From Acidobacteriota bacterium (GTDB lineage: Bacteria > Acidobacteriota > Terriglobia > Terriglobales > Acidobacteriaceae), in contig JBKICT010000006.1 of the NCBI GenBank assembly GCA_046566985.1, positions 238,353-302,352 on the forward strand: a stretch of DNA of 64,000 nucleotides, in the 5' to 3' direction. The notes beneath the pieces are model-generated. The model did no database searches and was not told the DNA's origin. It was given only the letters and a program-made list of their open reading frames with translations. A program made the translations under genes and the position numbers. Positions 1-8,444 of the stretch are shown piece by piece. The stretch's first letter is position 1. Each line of letters starts with the position of its first letter.

Positions 1-353
1 ATCACCAGCGAGCCTTGAATGCAGGCGACGGTGGCGCCGCCGAGGGTGCGGCCGATCATGATCTGGATGCGCGAGACGGGAGCAACGAGCGTCTCCTTGA
101 GGAAGCCGAACTGGCGATCCCAGAGAAGACCGAGGCCGGAAAAAATCGACGAGAAGAGCACCGACATGCCGATGACGCCCGGTGCGATGAATTGCAGGTA
201 GCTGCCTGCGCCTGCGCGCTTGAAGATGGGGCCCAATCCGAAGCCGAGCGCGAGCAGGTAGAGCAGCGGCTGGCCGAGCGAGGCGATGATCTGCGCGCGG
301 GAGCGGGTGTAGCGCTTGAGTTCGCGAAGCCACAAAATGTAAATGGCGCTCAT
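1..353 (-). CDS. ABC-2 type transporter permease (5' part; runs off the window start)
   Basis: Manual translation from ATG at 353: MSAIYILWLRELKRYTRSRAQIIASLGQPLLYLLALGFGL...FIAPGVIGMSVLFSSIFSG...DRQFGFLKETLVAPVSR, typical of DrrB/NodJ-like permeases. Starts 3 nt after the ATPase stop. Not in the ORF track because it is truncated. Confidence 0.9.
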   Translation of the reverse strand, partial: MSAIYILWLRELKRYTRSRAQIIASLGQPLLYLLALGFGLGPIFKRAGAGSYLQFIAPGVIGMSVLFSSIFSGLGLLWDRQFGFLKETLVAPVSRIQIMIGRTLGGATVACIQGSLV

Positions 354-356
354 TGC

Positions 357-1151
357 TTATCTCCTGTTCTGCTGCCACATCTTGGCGAACTGGCGCATCT
401 GGTCGGCGGAGCTTGCGCTCTCGTCGCGAATGGTTGAGCCGGTGAGCTTGAGGAAGGCATCTTCCAGCGTCTGCGCGCCGGTCTGCTGCTTGATCTCGGC
501 GGGCGTGCCCTGCGTAACCAGCTTGCCGTGGTCGATGATGCCAATGCGATGTGCCACGCGATCGGCCTCATCCATGTAGTGCGTGGTGAGCATTACCGTG
601 ACTTTTTCGGTTTCGTTCACGCGCTTCACATGCGACCAGAGCTGGTTGCGGCTCTGCGGATCGAGACCGAGCGTCGGCTCGTCGAGAAAGAGGATGCGCG
701 GCGTGTGCAGGAACCCGCGCGCGATCTCAAGCCGGCGCTTCATGCCGCCGGAGAACTTCTTCACCTGATCGCCGCGGCGCTCCCATAGCTCGAAGAGTTT
801 GAGCAGCTCTTCGGCGCGGTGCTTCCATACCTTGTGAGGAACGTGGTAGAGGACGGAGTGGATCTGCATGTTCTCCCAGGCCGTGAGGTCGCCGTCCAGG
901 CTGGGGTCCTGGAAGACGATGCCGAAGCGGCGGCGCGCTTCATTCTGGCTGCGCTGCGGGTTCAGGCCGTCGAGCTCGATGCTGCCGCTGGTGGGCTTGA
1001 GCAGCGTGGTGAGCATCTTGATGGTGGTGGTCTTCCCTGCCCCGTTGGGGCCGAGGAACGCGAAGATTTCGCCCTCTTCCACGTCGAAGGAGACGTCGTT
1101 GACAGCGGTGAATGAGCCGAAGGTCTTCACCAGATTGCGCACACGGATCAT
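357..1151 (-). CDS. ABC transporter ATP-binding protein (DrrA/NodI-like)
   Basis: Walker A GPNGAGKTT, signature FSGGMKRR, Walker B ILFLDEPT, H-loop TTHY. Start moved to MIRVRNL (GGAG upstream). Confidence 0.95.
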   Translation of the reverse strand: MIRVRNLVKTFGSFTAVNDVSFDVEEGEIFAFLGPNGAGKTTTIKMLTTLLKPTSGSIELDGLNPQRSQNEARRRFGIVFQDPSLDGDLTAWENMQIHSVLYHVPHKVWKHRAEELLKLFELWERRGDQVKKFSGGMKRRLEIARGFLHTPRILFLDEPTLGLDPQSRNQLWSHVKRVNETEKVTVMLTTHYMDEADRVAHRIGIIDHGKLVTQGTPAEIKQQTGAQTLEDAFLKLTGSTIRDESASSADQMRQFAKMWQQNRR

Positions 1152-1250
1152 GGGCTCTCCATGCTGCGGGGAATTTGGGGTGCACTCTTTTATATCAGGA
1201 TTTGGGACGTGGAAAACGCGAAGTCCCTGGCGGCACCAAGCGCAGTGCTG

Positions 1251-1282
1251 CCCACCCATTGCTTGGCAATGGATGGGGCACC
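1251..1282 (-). repeat. REP-like palindrome (GGTGCCCCATCCATTGC-loop-GCAATGGGTGGG)
   Basis: Minus strand reads GGTGCCCCATCCATTGC-CAA-GCAATGGGTGGG, with the same arms as the element at 14137-14178. Lies 15 nt after the GH13 stop. Confidence 0.75.
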
Positions 1283-1297
1283 GGGGTTGGTGGAGAG

Positions 1298-4200
1298 TTA
1301 GTAGGTTTCCGGCGGACCGTCGGGATTGACGGGGCCGACGGGCTTGGCTGCGACGGGCTCCTGCGGCTCCAGTTCTTCCGGATCGGGGCCTGTTTGTGGG
1401 CCGGTCTTCGGCACGGTTTGGAGCGCGTCCTTATCGAGCGCTGGCGCGGGTTCTTCTTCGGGCAGGAAGAAGGTGTCGAGGCGATAGCCGCCGGATTCGA
1501 GCTGAGAGAGCGCTTCGTCGACAGCGGATTGAATGCCGCCGAGTTGCGCTGCGTTCCGGCCAGGCTCGGCGGCAGCGCGCATGAGCGCGGGCAGTTGCAG
1601 CCACCACAGCAGCTCTTCGAAGGACTCACGCACCACGTAGGTGTGCCCCTCCGCTTCATGCGCACCGGTGAGCCACACGATGTCGGGATCGCTCCACAGG
1701 CGCTGCGGAACGACGAGTTTGTACTCCGTCTCTGCAACGGTTGCAGAGACCGCCTGCGGTGCGATCGGTTCGGCGGTTTGACTTTGCGCGGGGTGTGCAT
1801 CGACGAGCAGCAACGCCTTGACACGGGCGGCGGCGCGCCAACTGTCTTCGCCCTGCAGGCCGAGCGCGTGGAAGGCGTGTGCCAGCGGCTCGCGCAGGCG
1901 CAGGCGATCGAAGAGGTCGAGCGCCGCCTTCTTTTCATTCGCAGAATCGATGGTTGCGCCGAGGACCTGCAGAACACACCACGCTACGATGGGTCCCCAG
2001 AGCGCGGTGGATGAGAGCTGGGGATGCGCGGAAGGCAACACGCGCCGCGCCTCCGCCGGCCACTGGCGCGAGAAGCCGGACTCGAGTGCGGGAAGGCTCA
2101 TGGCCTGGCGAATGCATCTGCGGAAGGTCGACGACATCGTCTCGGGATGGACGGCGATGTCGGAGAGCGGAGTACCGGTCATGCGCGCGTAGGCGGGCAG
2201 CGCGGCGGCGATGAGACCGGCGCAGGCAGCCCACGCGGAATCGAGGAATTCATTTTGCGGGCGGCCGCTCTTTTTCTGCGGCAGTTCACCAGGCTGCGGC
2301 GGGAATTCGGCGACGTCGGAGAGCACGCGAATGGTGCCGGGATCGAGCACGGAGCGCAACGCATCGTGCACCGGCTTGAGTTCGAGTGCGATGAGGGCGT
2401 CGTCGAGGCTGGGCACGCCGCGGCCGCCGAGATAGTCGCAGAGGCGGTCCCACGGCTTTTCGGCGGTGGCGTGGAGTTCCTGCCAATCGAGGAATACGTG
2501 GCACTGGTAGGCGTGCAGGTGGACGCGCAGGCCGCCGTCGGCGATCTCGTGGGCGCGGCGCAGATAGTGCAGGCCGGTGAGCGAATCGCGGAAGGTGAGG
2601 ATGGAGCCGGCATCCTGCAGGCCGAGCCCCTCCCACAACGAACGCTGGCGCAACTGGCCGGAGCCTTTGTCGGCGTAGGCGGCGGAGATGCGAATGGAGC
2701 CGGCTGTCTCACCGAATTTGTTGTGGTAGACGACGAGGGCGCGCTCGATGCCGGCACGGTTGGAATAGGCGAAGACGTTCTCGTCCACCCAGCCGGAGTC
2801 ATGGAAGAAGTCGTAGAGCAGGAAGTTGTAACTCTCGGCAAAGAGCCAGCGGCGCTTGAGCAGCGGCGCGATCTCGCGCTCGTGGCGCTCCACCATCCAG
2901 CGATCGGGCGTCTCGTCGTAGCGCGGGCGCTGGTACTCCATGCCGTACTTTTCGGTGTAGCCCTCGATTTGCCCGTGACCAAACATGGGCAGCCCAGGCA
3001 GCGTGGACATCATCACGGCCACGCCGAAGGCCTTGTCGCCCTTGCCGTACTGATCGATGGCGGTGCGCTCGTCGGGGTTCGACATGAAGTTGACGTAGCG
3101 CTTCATGATGTCGGGATCGAACTCCAGGGTGTTCTTAATGACAGAGCGGTACTTCGCGTTGTCCTCGTCGCGCGTCATCACCATGAAGGCGCTGTTGTAA
3201 ACGCGATGCATGCCCAGTGTGCGGACGAAGTAGCCTTCCATGAGCCAGAAGGCCTCCGCCAGCAGCAGCGTTCCGGGAACTTCCTGCGCGACGCGATCGA
3301 CGACTTCGCGCCAGAACTCCTGCGGCATGTGCTGATCGAACTGCGCCTGGCTCATGCTGTATTCGGCGCGCGAAGGGATGGCGCCGCTGGAGCCGGGGCC
3401 CGGAAACCACAGGCGATGGAAGTGGCGCTTGGCCAGCGTCATGGCTGCGTCAAAACGAATAACCGGGAAGAGCCGCGCGACGTGGAGGATGGTCTGGATG
3501 ACGTGCTCGCGGACGGCGGGATTGAGGTAATCGAGCTGCGCGGTGTCGTTCCAGGGGAAGCTCGTTCCGTCGTTGCCGTGATAGATGTAGCGGACTTCGC
3601 CGGATTGCTTGTCGCGGCGCTGGAAGACGACGGCGGCATCGGTCTGCGTAAAGTAATGATCGTCGATCTTGATCTCAACGCGGCCATCGGCGGAGAGATC
3701 GGGGCCATTGAAGCTGTACGACGGGTAGGGCGACTCCCAGCGCGACATGAACCACTCGGGGTGCTCGACGACCCAGGGCGAGTCGATGCCCATGTGGTTC
3801 GGCACCATGTCGCTGGCGAGGCGAATGCCGTGGTGAAATGCGCGGTCGCGGAGATTGATGTAGGCGGATTCGCCGCCGAGATCGTCGGCGATGCGGTAAT
3901 CGAAGAGCGAGTAAGCGGAGGCGACGGCGTCCTGATTGCCGCAGAGATATTTGATGGTCTTCGACGCGCGGCTGCGCTCCCAGACGCCGATGAGCCACAG
4001 GGTGTCGATGCCGCGGCGGACGAGCGTGGCTAACTCTTCATCGGGGATGTCGCTGAGGATACGAATAGAGCGGCCGTACTGCTTGCTGAGCTGCGCCAAC
4101 CACACGTAGGTGCTCTTGGCCATCATCACGGCGGTGGGCATCCACGCGGTGTCGGGCGAGAACTTTTCGTACTCGTGCATGGGATCGCCGAAGGTGGGCA

Positions 4201-5083
4201 CCTCGGCGGTGCTGGGCATGAAGGGCCACTGCTGGCTGCCCTGCTCGCGGCGGCGGCGCGCGGCTTCTTCGGCGGCGGCGCGGGCGTCGGCGGCCTGCGG
4301 GTGGTACATCATCCAGATGGCGAGTTCTTCTTCCTGCAGGATTTCGCCGGCGGTGGTGAGCAGGTGATCGAGTGCATCGCCGAGCAGCGGACGCCACAGA
4401 CGGCGCAGCAGTTCGAGCTGCTCCTTCAGCGATTTGGGCGCGCCCTTCGCTGGTGCGGACAGCATTTCGAGGACGGTCACGGAGCCTTCGCCGGGGAGCG
4501 GCACCAGGGGACGCGTGGCGAAGTACTCGGGCAACTGTTTGGTGACGGCGCGGTAGACGGTCTTTTCAGCGAGCGGCTTGTCTTCAAACAGCTCCGCGAA
4601 TGGCTGGAATGCCGGATTGCGATTCGACATCCAGAGCATGACCAGCTCTTCCAGAGCGAGTTCGCGGTTGGAAACGCCGGAGGTGGATTTGGCGAGCCAC
4701 TCCTGCGCCGTGTCTTCGCCCTGAATGATGGTGGATCCGGGGAAATGCTCGACGAAGGTGAGCAGCAGCTTATCGAACTCATGGGTGCCGACCTGGTCGC
4801 CGAAAAAATTCAAAGCGTCGGCAATCACCTGCGGATCATAGTGTTGGCGGTACCGCGCCATCAGGATATGGCTGGCCTCGTCGATGAGGCCCATGGCGAA
4901 GAGTGCGCCGGCGTGGATCGCCTGATCGGGGTTGTGCTCGGCATCGCGCACCTGGTTCATGCGGTGCGCAAAGGCACGGCAGGCGGCCATGTTGGCAAAG
5001 ACGACGTTGCCGGTGGTGGAAAAAAGCGTGTCGGGGAACTTGTAACGGTCTCGTGCAGCGCGCGCAATATGGAATTCCATCAT
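1298..5083 (-). CDS. Large alpha-amylase family (GH13) glycoside hydrolase
   Basis: GH13 regions: DMVPNH (I), RFDAAMTL (II, nucleophile Asp), LAEAFW (III, acid/base Glu), FMSNPDE (IV). Long N- and C-terminal extensions and no signal peptide. Start set at MMEFHI (GGGAG upstream). Confidence 0.85.
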   Translation of the reverse strand: MMEFHIARAARDRYKFPDTLFSTTGNVVFANMAACRAFAHRMNQVRDAEHNPDQAIHAGALFAMGLIDEASHILMARYRQHYDPQVIADALNFFGDQVGTHEFDKLLLTFVEHFPGSTIIQGEDTAQEWLAKSTSGVSNRELALEELVMLWMSNRNPAFQPFAELFEDKPLAEKTVYRAVTKQLPEYFATRPLVPLPGEGSVTVLEMLSAPAKGAPKSLKEQLELLRRLWRPLLGDALDHLLTTAGEILQEEELAIWMMYHPQAADARAAAEEAARRRREQGSQQWPFMPSTAEVPTFGDPMHEYEKFSPDTAWMPTAVMMAKSTYVWLAQLSKQYGRSIRILSDIPDEELATLVRRGIDTLWLIGVWERSRASKTIKYLCGNQDAVASAYSLFDYRIADDLGGESAYINLRDRAFHHGIRLASDMVPNHMGIDSPWVVEHPEWFMSRWESPYPSYSFNGPDLSADGRVEIKIDDHYFTQTDAAVVFQRRDKQSGEVRYIYHGNDGTSFPWNDTAQLDYLNPAVREHVIQTILHVARLFPVIRFDAAMTLAKRHFHRLWFPGPGSSGAIPSRAEYSMSQAQFDQHMPQEFWREVVDRVAQEVPGTLLLAEAFWLMEGYFVRTLGMHRVYNSAFMVMTRDEDNAKYRSVIKNTLEFDPDIMKRYVNFMSNPDERTAIDQYGKGDKAFGVAVMMSTLPGLPMFGHGQIEGYTEKYGMEYQRPRYDETPDRWMVERHEREIAPLLKRRWLFAESYNFLLYDFFHDSGWVDENVFAYSNRAGIERALVVYHNKFGETAGSIRISAAYADKGSGQLRQRSLWEGLGLQDAGSILTFRDSLTGLHYLRRAHEIADGGLRVHLHAYQCHVFLDWQELHATAEKPWDRLCDYLGGRGVPSLDDALIALELKPVHDALRSVLDPGTIRVLSDVAEFPPQPGELPQKKSGRPQNEFLDSAWAACAGLIAAALPAYARMTGTPLSDIAVHPETMSSTFRRCIRQAMSLPALESGFSRQWPAEARRVLPSAHPQLSSTALWGPIVAWCVLQVLGATIDSANEKKAALDLFDRLRLREPLAHAFHALGLQGEDSWRAAARVKALLLVDAHPAQSQTAEPIAPQAVSATVAETEYKLVVPQRLWSDPDIVWLTGAHEAEGHTYVVRESFEELLWWLQLPALMRAAAEPGRNAAQLGGIQSAVDEALSQLESGGYRLDTFFLPEEEPAPALDKDALQTVPKTGPQTGPDPEELEPQEPVAAKPVGPVNPDGPPETY

Positions 5084-5262
5084 GAGTGCTGGTGCTCCCA
5101 ATGCCGGCCACTTTCTTCTGCGAGAAACGTGGCCGCCGCACGTCGCGGCGCGGTCGGGTTTTTGTTCATACCTATCGTAGCCCGTGCCGCTCGGGGTTGA
5201 CGAATACGACCGAACGCGCAGAGGTTGCTCGCCGCGCACCGCAGCGTGGGAGCGCTGGCCAT
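5080..5262 (-). CDS. Possible 60-aa upstream ORF overlapping the GH13 start
   Basis: AAGGAG 5 nt before the ATG at 5262; its TGA overlaps the GH13 ATG (ATGA). No recognisable domain. Confidence 0.3.
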   Translation of the reverse strand: MASAPTLRCAASNLCAFGRIRQPRAARATIGMNKNPTAPRRAAATFLAEESGRHWEHQHS

Positions 5263-5338
5263 CCCATCTCCTTCAGAGATCATTGGAGCCTCGCGACCCG
5301 CGCAGGGTTTTCTGTGCGGCTAATCTCGAGTGCCCAGG

Positions 5339-6448
5339 TCAGAGGGGCTTGCCGCGAAAGACGTAGTACAGCTCGACGAGCAGGATGACGATGACCATCA
5401 CCTCCAGAAAGAAGGCGCGGTTCTCGTTGAACTGGTCCACCATGTGGCGATAGAGGTCTTCGGCGGTGCGCAGCTTCTCCGCCACCAGGTTCTTGTAATC
5501 CGGCACCCCGACCTTGGCCGCGGCCAGGCGGTAGAGCCGCGCCGCGAACATGTCGCTGAGGAACTTGATGGCGTTGTCGGCGTGCTCGGTGAGCTCGGCA
5601 ATATCGAGCAGGACACGGTGCAGATCGCGTGCTCGCGGGGCCATGCGCCAGCGGGTAAACCGGCCGCGCCGTTCGCCCAGCAGGTCGTACACGTTATCGA
5701 GAACCCCGGTGAGCAGTTCGTCGTAGTGGCGGAATTCGAGGAGCTGGGAGTTGGCGTACTCCAGGAGCTGGATCGCGGTCTGTGCGCCGAGCGGGGTGTC
5801 GTAGACGAAAGCCGCGTTCCAGCCGATGACGGTGAGGTCGTTGGCGTAGTAGGAGACCTGCGAGTGGAGGACCTCGCCGCACTCGCCTTCGGAGAGGCTG
5901 GCGCGCTCGCCGCGGACGACCTGGGCGATCTTGACCCCGTGGTTCCGGGCGAGGTCAGCCGCGCTGGGAGCGCCGGCGATTTCCCTCACGTGAAAGATGA
6001 AGTAGTCTTCGCTAAGCCAGGCACTATAAGGCTTTATAAGCGCAGACTTTGACCGCTCCAGCATCCGTCGAACAATGGGCTCGACGCGCGAGGCGAAGTC
6101 GACGTCCCAGACCCAGCGGGCCGAAAGCTGCACCAGGCTGTCCCAGTCGCCCGCGAACGGAATCTGGTACAGAACGCTGACGACGCCGTAGTCGTAGTAC
6201 TTGATCTCGCCCTCGAGGCGCTCGCCGGATTCGAGGATGAGCGGGTCGATGGCTTCGACCACCGGCGGACGCTCGTAGCGGACGTAAGCCGGGGCGGCCT
6301 GCTTGGTGCTGGGTTGCTTTACCGTTCGGGCAGCCGCCGCAGTCTGGATGCGGTCAAGGCGGATCTCCTCGCACACGTCGAACTGGATGAGCACCAGGAC
6401 GGAACCGCTGAGCGAGGGTGCAGCAACGGGCTGGGCGTCGGTTCCCAT
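5339..6448 (-). CDS. Conserved hypothetical protein with one C-terminal TM helix (RMD1/DUF155-like)
   Basis: Soluble N-terminal part, helical region, then LEVMVIVILLVELYY, resembling the LEWxIIxLIxxE tail of RMD1/DUF155 and CorA-like proteins. Confidence 0.55.
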   Translation of the reverse strand: MGTDAQPVAAPSLSGSVLVLIQFDVCEEIRLDRIQTAAAARTVKQPSTKQAAPAYVRYERPPVVEAIDPLILESGERLEGEIKYYDYGVVSVLYQIPFAGDWDSLVQLSARWVWDVDFASRVEPIVRRMLERSKSALIKPYSAWLSEDYFIFHVREIAGAPSAADLARNHGVKIAQVVRGERASLSEGECGEVLHSQVSYYANDLTVIGWNAAFVYDTPLGAQTAIQLLEYANSQLLEFRHYDELLTGVLDNVYDLLGERRGRFTRWRMAPRARDLHRVLLDIAELTEHADNAIKFLSDMFAARLYRLAAAKVGVPDYKNLVAEKLRTAEDLYRHMVDQFNENRAFFLEVMVIVILLVELYYVFRGKPL

Positions 6449-6487
6449 GCTGATGGCATGGTAGCCGATTGCGGCCGCGCCGCGGGC

Positions 6488-8347
6488 TCAGGGATGGGCT
6501 ATCTGAGAGGAAGCTTCGATGGGCTTGACCGCCGCCAGTGGGACCTCCAGGGTGCCCACCTTGCGCGAATTCTGGTCATAGATGCCGGTGCGGAGCCAGT
6601 AATTCCCTTTCGGCGTGGCGATCTCGTCGTGCAGTTGCAGTCCGGTGTTCTGGAACGCGGCGTAAACATCGGGCTTGAGAACGAGCGAGGCCACCCGCTC
6701 CTGATTGCTGATGATCTTGCCGTAATGGTCGTAGACCAGCAGCGTGAAGTTCACAACACCGCGATGGGTGCCGTCGGGCTCGAGTTTGAGATCGAGGTCC
6801 TTGAGGTCGACGGCAAAATCGATGCTGTAGCGCAGCTTGCCCGCGTCCGGGCCGGACGGGCTGGGCGGGAGCGGCGTGATCTTCGCCTCATAAAGAAGCT
6901 GGTTGCTCATGGGCATGCCAAGGTCCATGAACGGCAGCAGCGGATCCACGTTGCCGCCCTGTTGCTGCTTGTAGGCCTGCAGCCCCCGCTGGCGCGCCTG
7001 CAGAGCCGCCCCGGGAATTCCCTGGTCCAGAGCGTAATAGCCGCGGCGGTAGATGAGCTTGTAGTCTTTCCCGGGCAGATTGATGTCGATGGTGCGAAGC
7101 GCCCCATCCATGCGCTGATCGGTGGGCGTATACGACAGGGTGTAGAAGTCGGTGGTGGATTTGCCGATCTTGTCCATCACCTGTTCCAGGCCATTGGTAT
7201 TGAAGAAGGCCTGGCCTCCGGTCTGCTCGGCCAACATGGTCATGGCTGCCTGGTTGGCATTGCGATTCTCGTCTTCGGTGCTCAGCGAATTTGAAAACGC
7301 GCCGCCGGGCGTTCCTCCATACGCTGCCGAGCCGGGAGGGCCGACGAGCTGCGACGCATCGCTGGCGGTGGGCAGCACGGTCTGGGCTTCATAGAGCGCG
7401 TTGCCCGCCAATCCCTGCGCATCCACCGGATAGAGCGCTACGCGCGCGGCGGCCAGCATGTTCATCGTCCGCTGGAGCTCCGCTTCCATGCTGGGGTTCA
7501 CCTGCGGGCCTGCCTTGCCCGGCGCGATCATGAAGATGGCGGGAACGCTCTCCGAAAACCAGATGACGTTCTTGCGGCCGGGAAAGCTGTTGAGGAAGGT
7601 GGCCAGTCGCTGCAGATTTTCAAGGGTGAGAAAGAAGCGGTCGAAGCCCTGCGAAGTCTGATTCTCCGCAATGAAGTTGGCCAGCGCCGAGGCGGCTTCC
7701 GGCGATGCGGCGGTTCCCGGTCCGCCGCCGGGCACGGATCCGCTCATCATGCCGATGAGGTTGGTGTCGGCGTTGGATTCCGTCTGGCCGATCAGAAGCG
7801 GCGACTGTTCCACGCTATTGTTCTTCTTGTTCTTGAGCGCGGCCATCAGCGCGCTGGGATCGCTGGTGAACCCCTGAATGAAGTGGAAGCCCAGCCCCAT
7901 GGCGAAGATGGCAGTCTGCGTTCCAGGCTTCGTCTTCTTCAGGAACTTCACTGCCTGGTCATGGACCCAGCTTTGGCTGGCCATCCCCGTGTTGAGCGAG
8001 TCCAGCAGGACCACGTTGACAGCGGGCGGCAGCGGATACGGCGAGAAGTTGCTGAAGACGTCGGGAGGGAGCTTGGGAGCGGCCACCGGCGCGATGGGCC
8101 CGGCGTGATGCTCCTCAAAAAACGTGATGGTCTGCGGCTTGCCTTGCTCCGTAACCGTGAAATCGCTTTGCTTGAGCCCCTTCACCGGCTTCCCGTGGCG
8201 ATCCGTGACAATCACGTCTTCAACCACTGCACGGGTGGTGACCTTGATGGTCGGACCGCGATCCGCGGATTGAGGACTGGCAGTCTCTGCGCACAACGGA
8301 AGAATCGAAACGGCAAGCAGCAGTGAGCAGCGAACGACTTTTTTCAT
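6488..8347 (-). CDS. Secreted VWA domain protein, acidobacterial type (paralog 1)
   Basis: Signal peptide; IKVTTRAVVEDVIVTDRHGKPVKGL..DFTVTEQGKPQ N-terminus; VLLDSLNT; PGRKNVIWFS; LAEQTGGQAF; RRGYYA. Confidence 0.85.
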   Translation of the reverse strand: MKKVVRCSLLLAVSILPLCAETASPQSADRGPTIKVTTRAVVEDVIVTDRHGKPVKGLKQSDFTVTEQGKPQTITFFEEHHAGPIAPVAAPKLPPDVFSNFSPYPLPPAVNVVLLDSLNTGMASQSWVHDQAVKFLKKTKPGTQTAIFAMGLGFHFIQGFTSDPSALMAALKNKKNNSVEQSPLLIGQTESNADTNLIGMMSGSVPGGGPGTAASPEAASALANFIAENQTSQGFDRFFLTLENLQRLATFLNSFPGRKNVIWFSESVPAIFMIAPGKAGPQVNPSMEAELQRTMNMLAAARVALYPVDAQGLAGNALYEAQTVLPTASDASQLVGPPGSAAYGGTPGGAFSNSLSTEDENRNANQAAMTMLAEQTGGQAFFNTNGLEQVMDKIGKSTTDFYTLSYTPTDQRMDGALRTIDINLPGKDYKLIYRRGYYALDQGIPGAALQARQRGLQAYKQQQGGNVDPLLPFMDLGMPMSNQLLYEAKITPLPPSPSGPDAGKLRYSIDFAVDLKDLDLKLEPDGTHRGVVNFTLLVYDHYGKIISNQERVASLVLKPDVYAAFQNTGLQLHDEIATPKGNYWLRTGIYDQNSRKVGTLEVPLAAVKPIEASSQIAHP

Positions 8348-8444
8348 TCCGCACCCTTAGAAACTCAGGTTCAACGTCCGATTGGATTCTGACCTCGCCG
8401 AGGAACATTCCGGCGGTCTGCTATCGTCCGGCCGGACGCGAGCT

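Noticed and set aside
15-437. 140-aa plus-strand ORF at the window start
   Set aside because: Shadow of the minus-strand ABC-2 permease identified by manual translation.
2024-4033. 669-aa plus-strand ORF, and similar long ORFs at 10474-12324, 18590-20917, 31644-33182 and 5330-6052
   Set aside because: Antisense shadows of well-supported genes in high-GC DNA; no motifs, Arg/Gly/Ala-biased.
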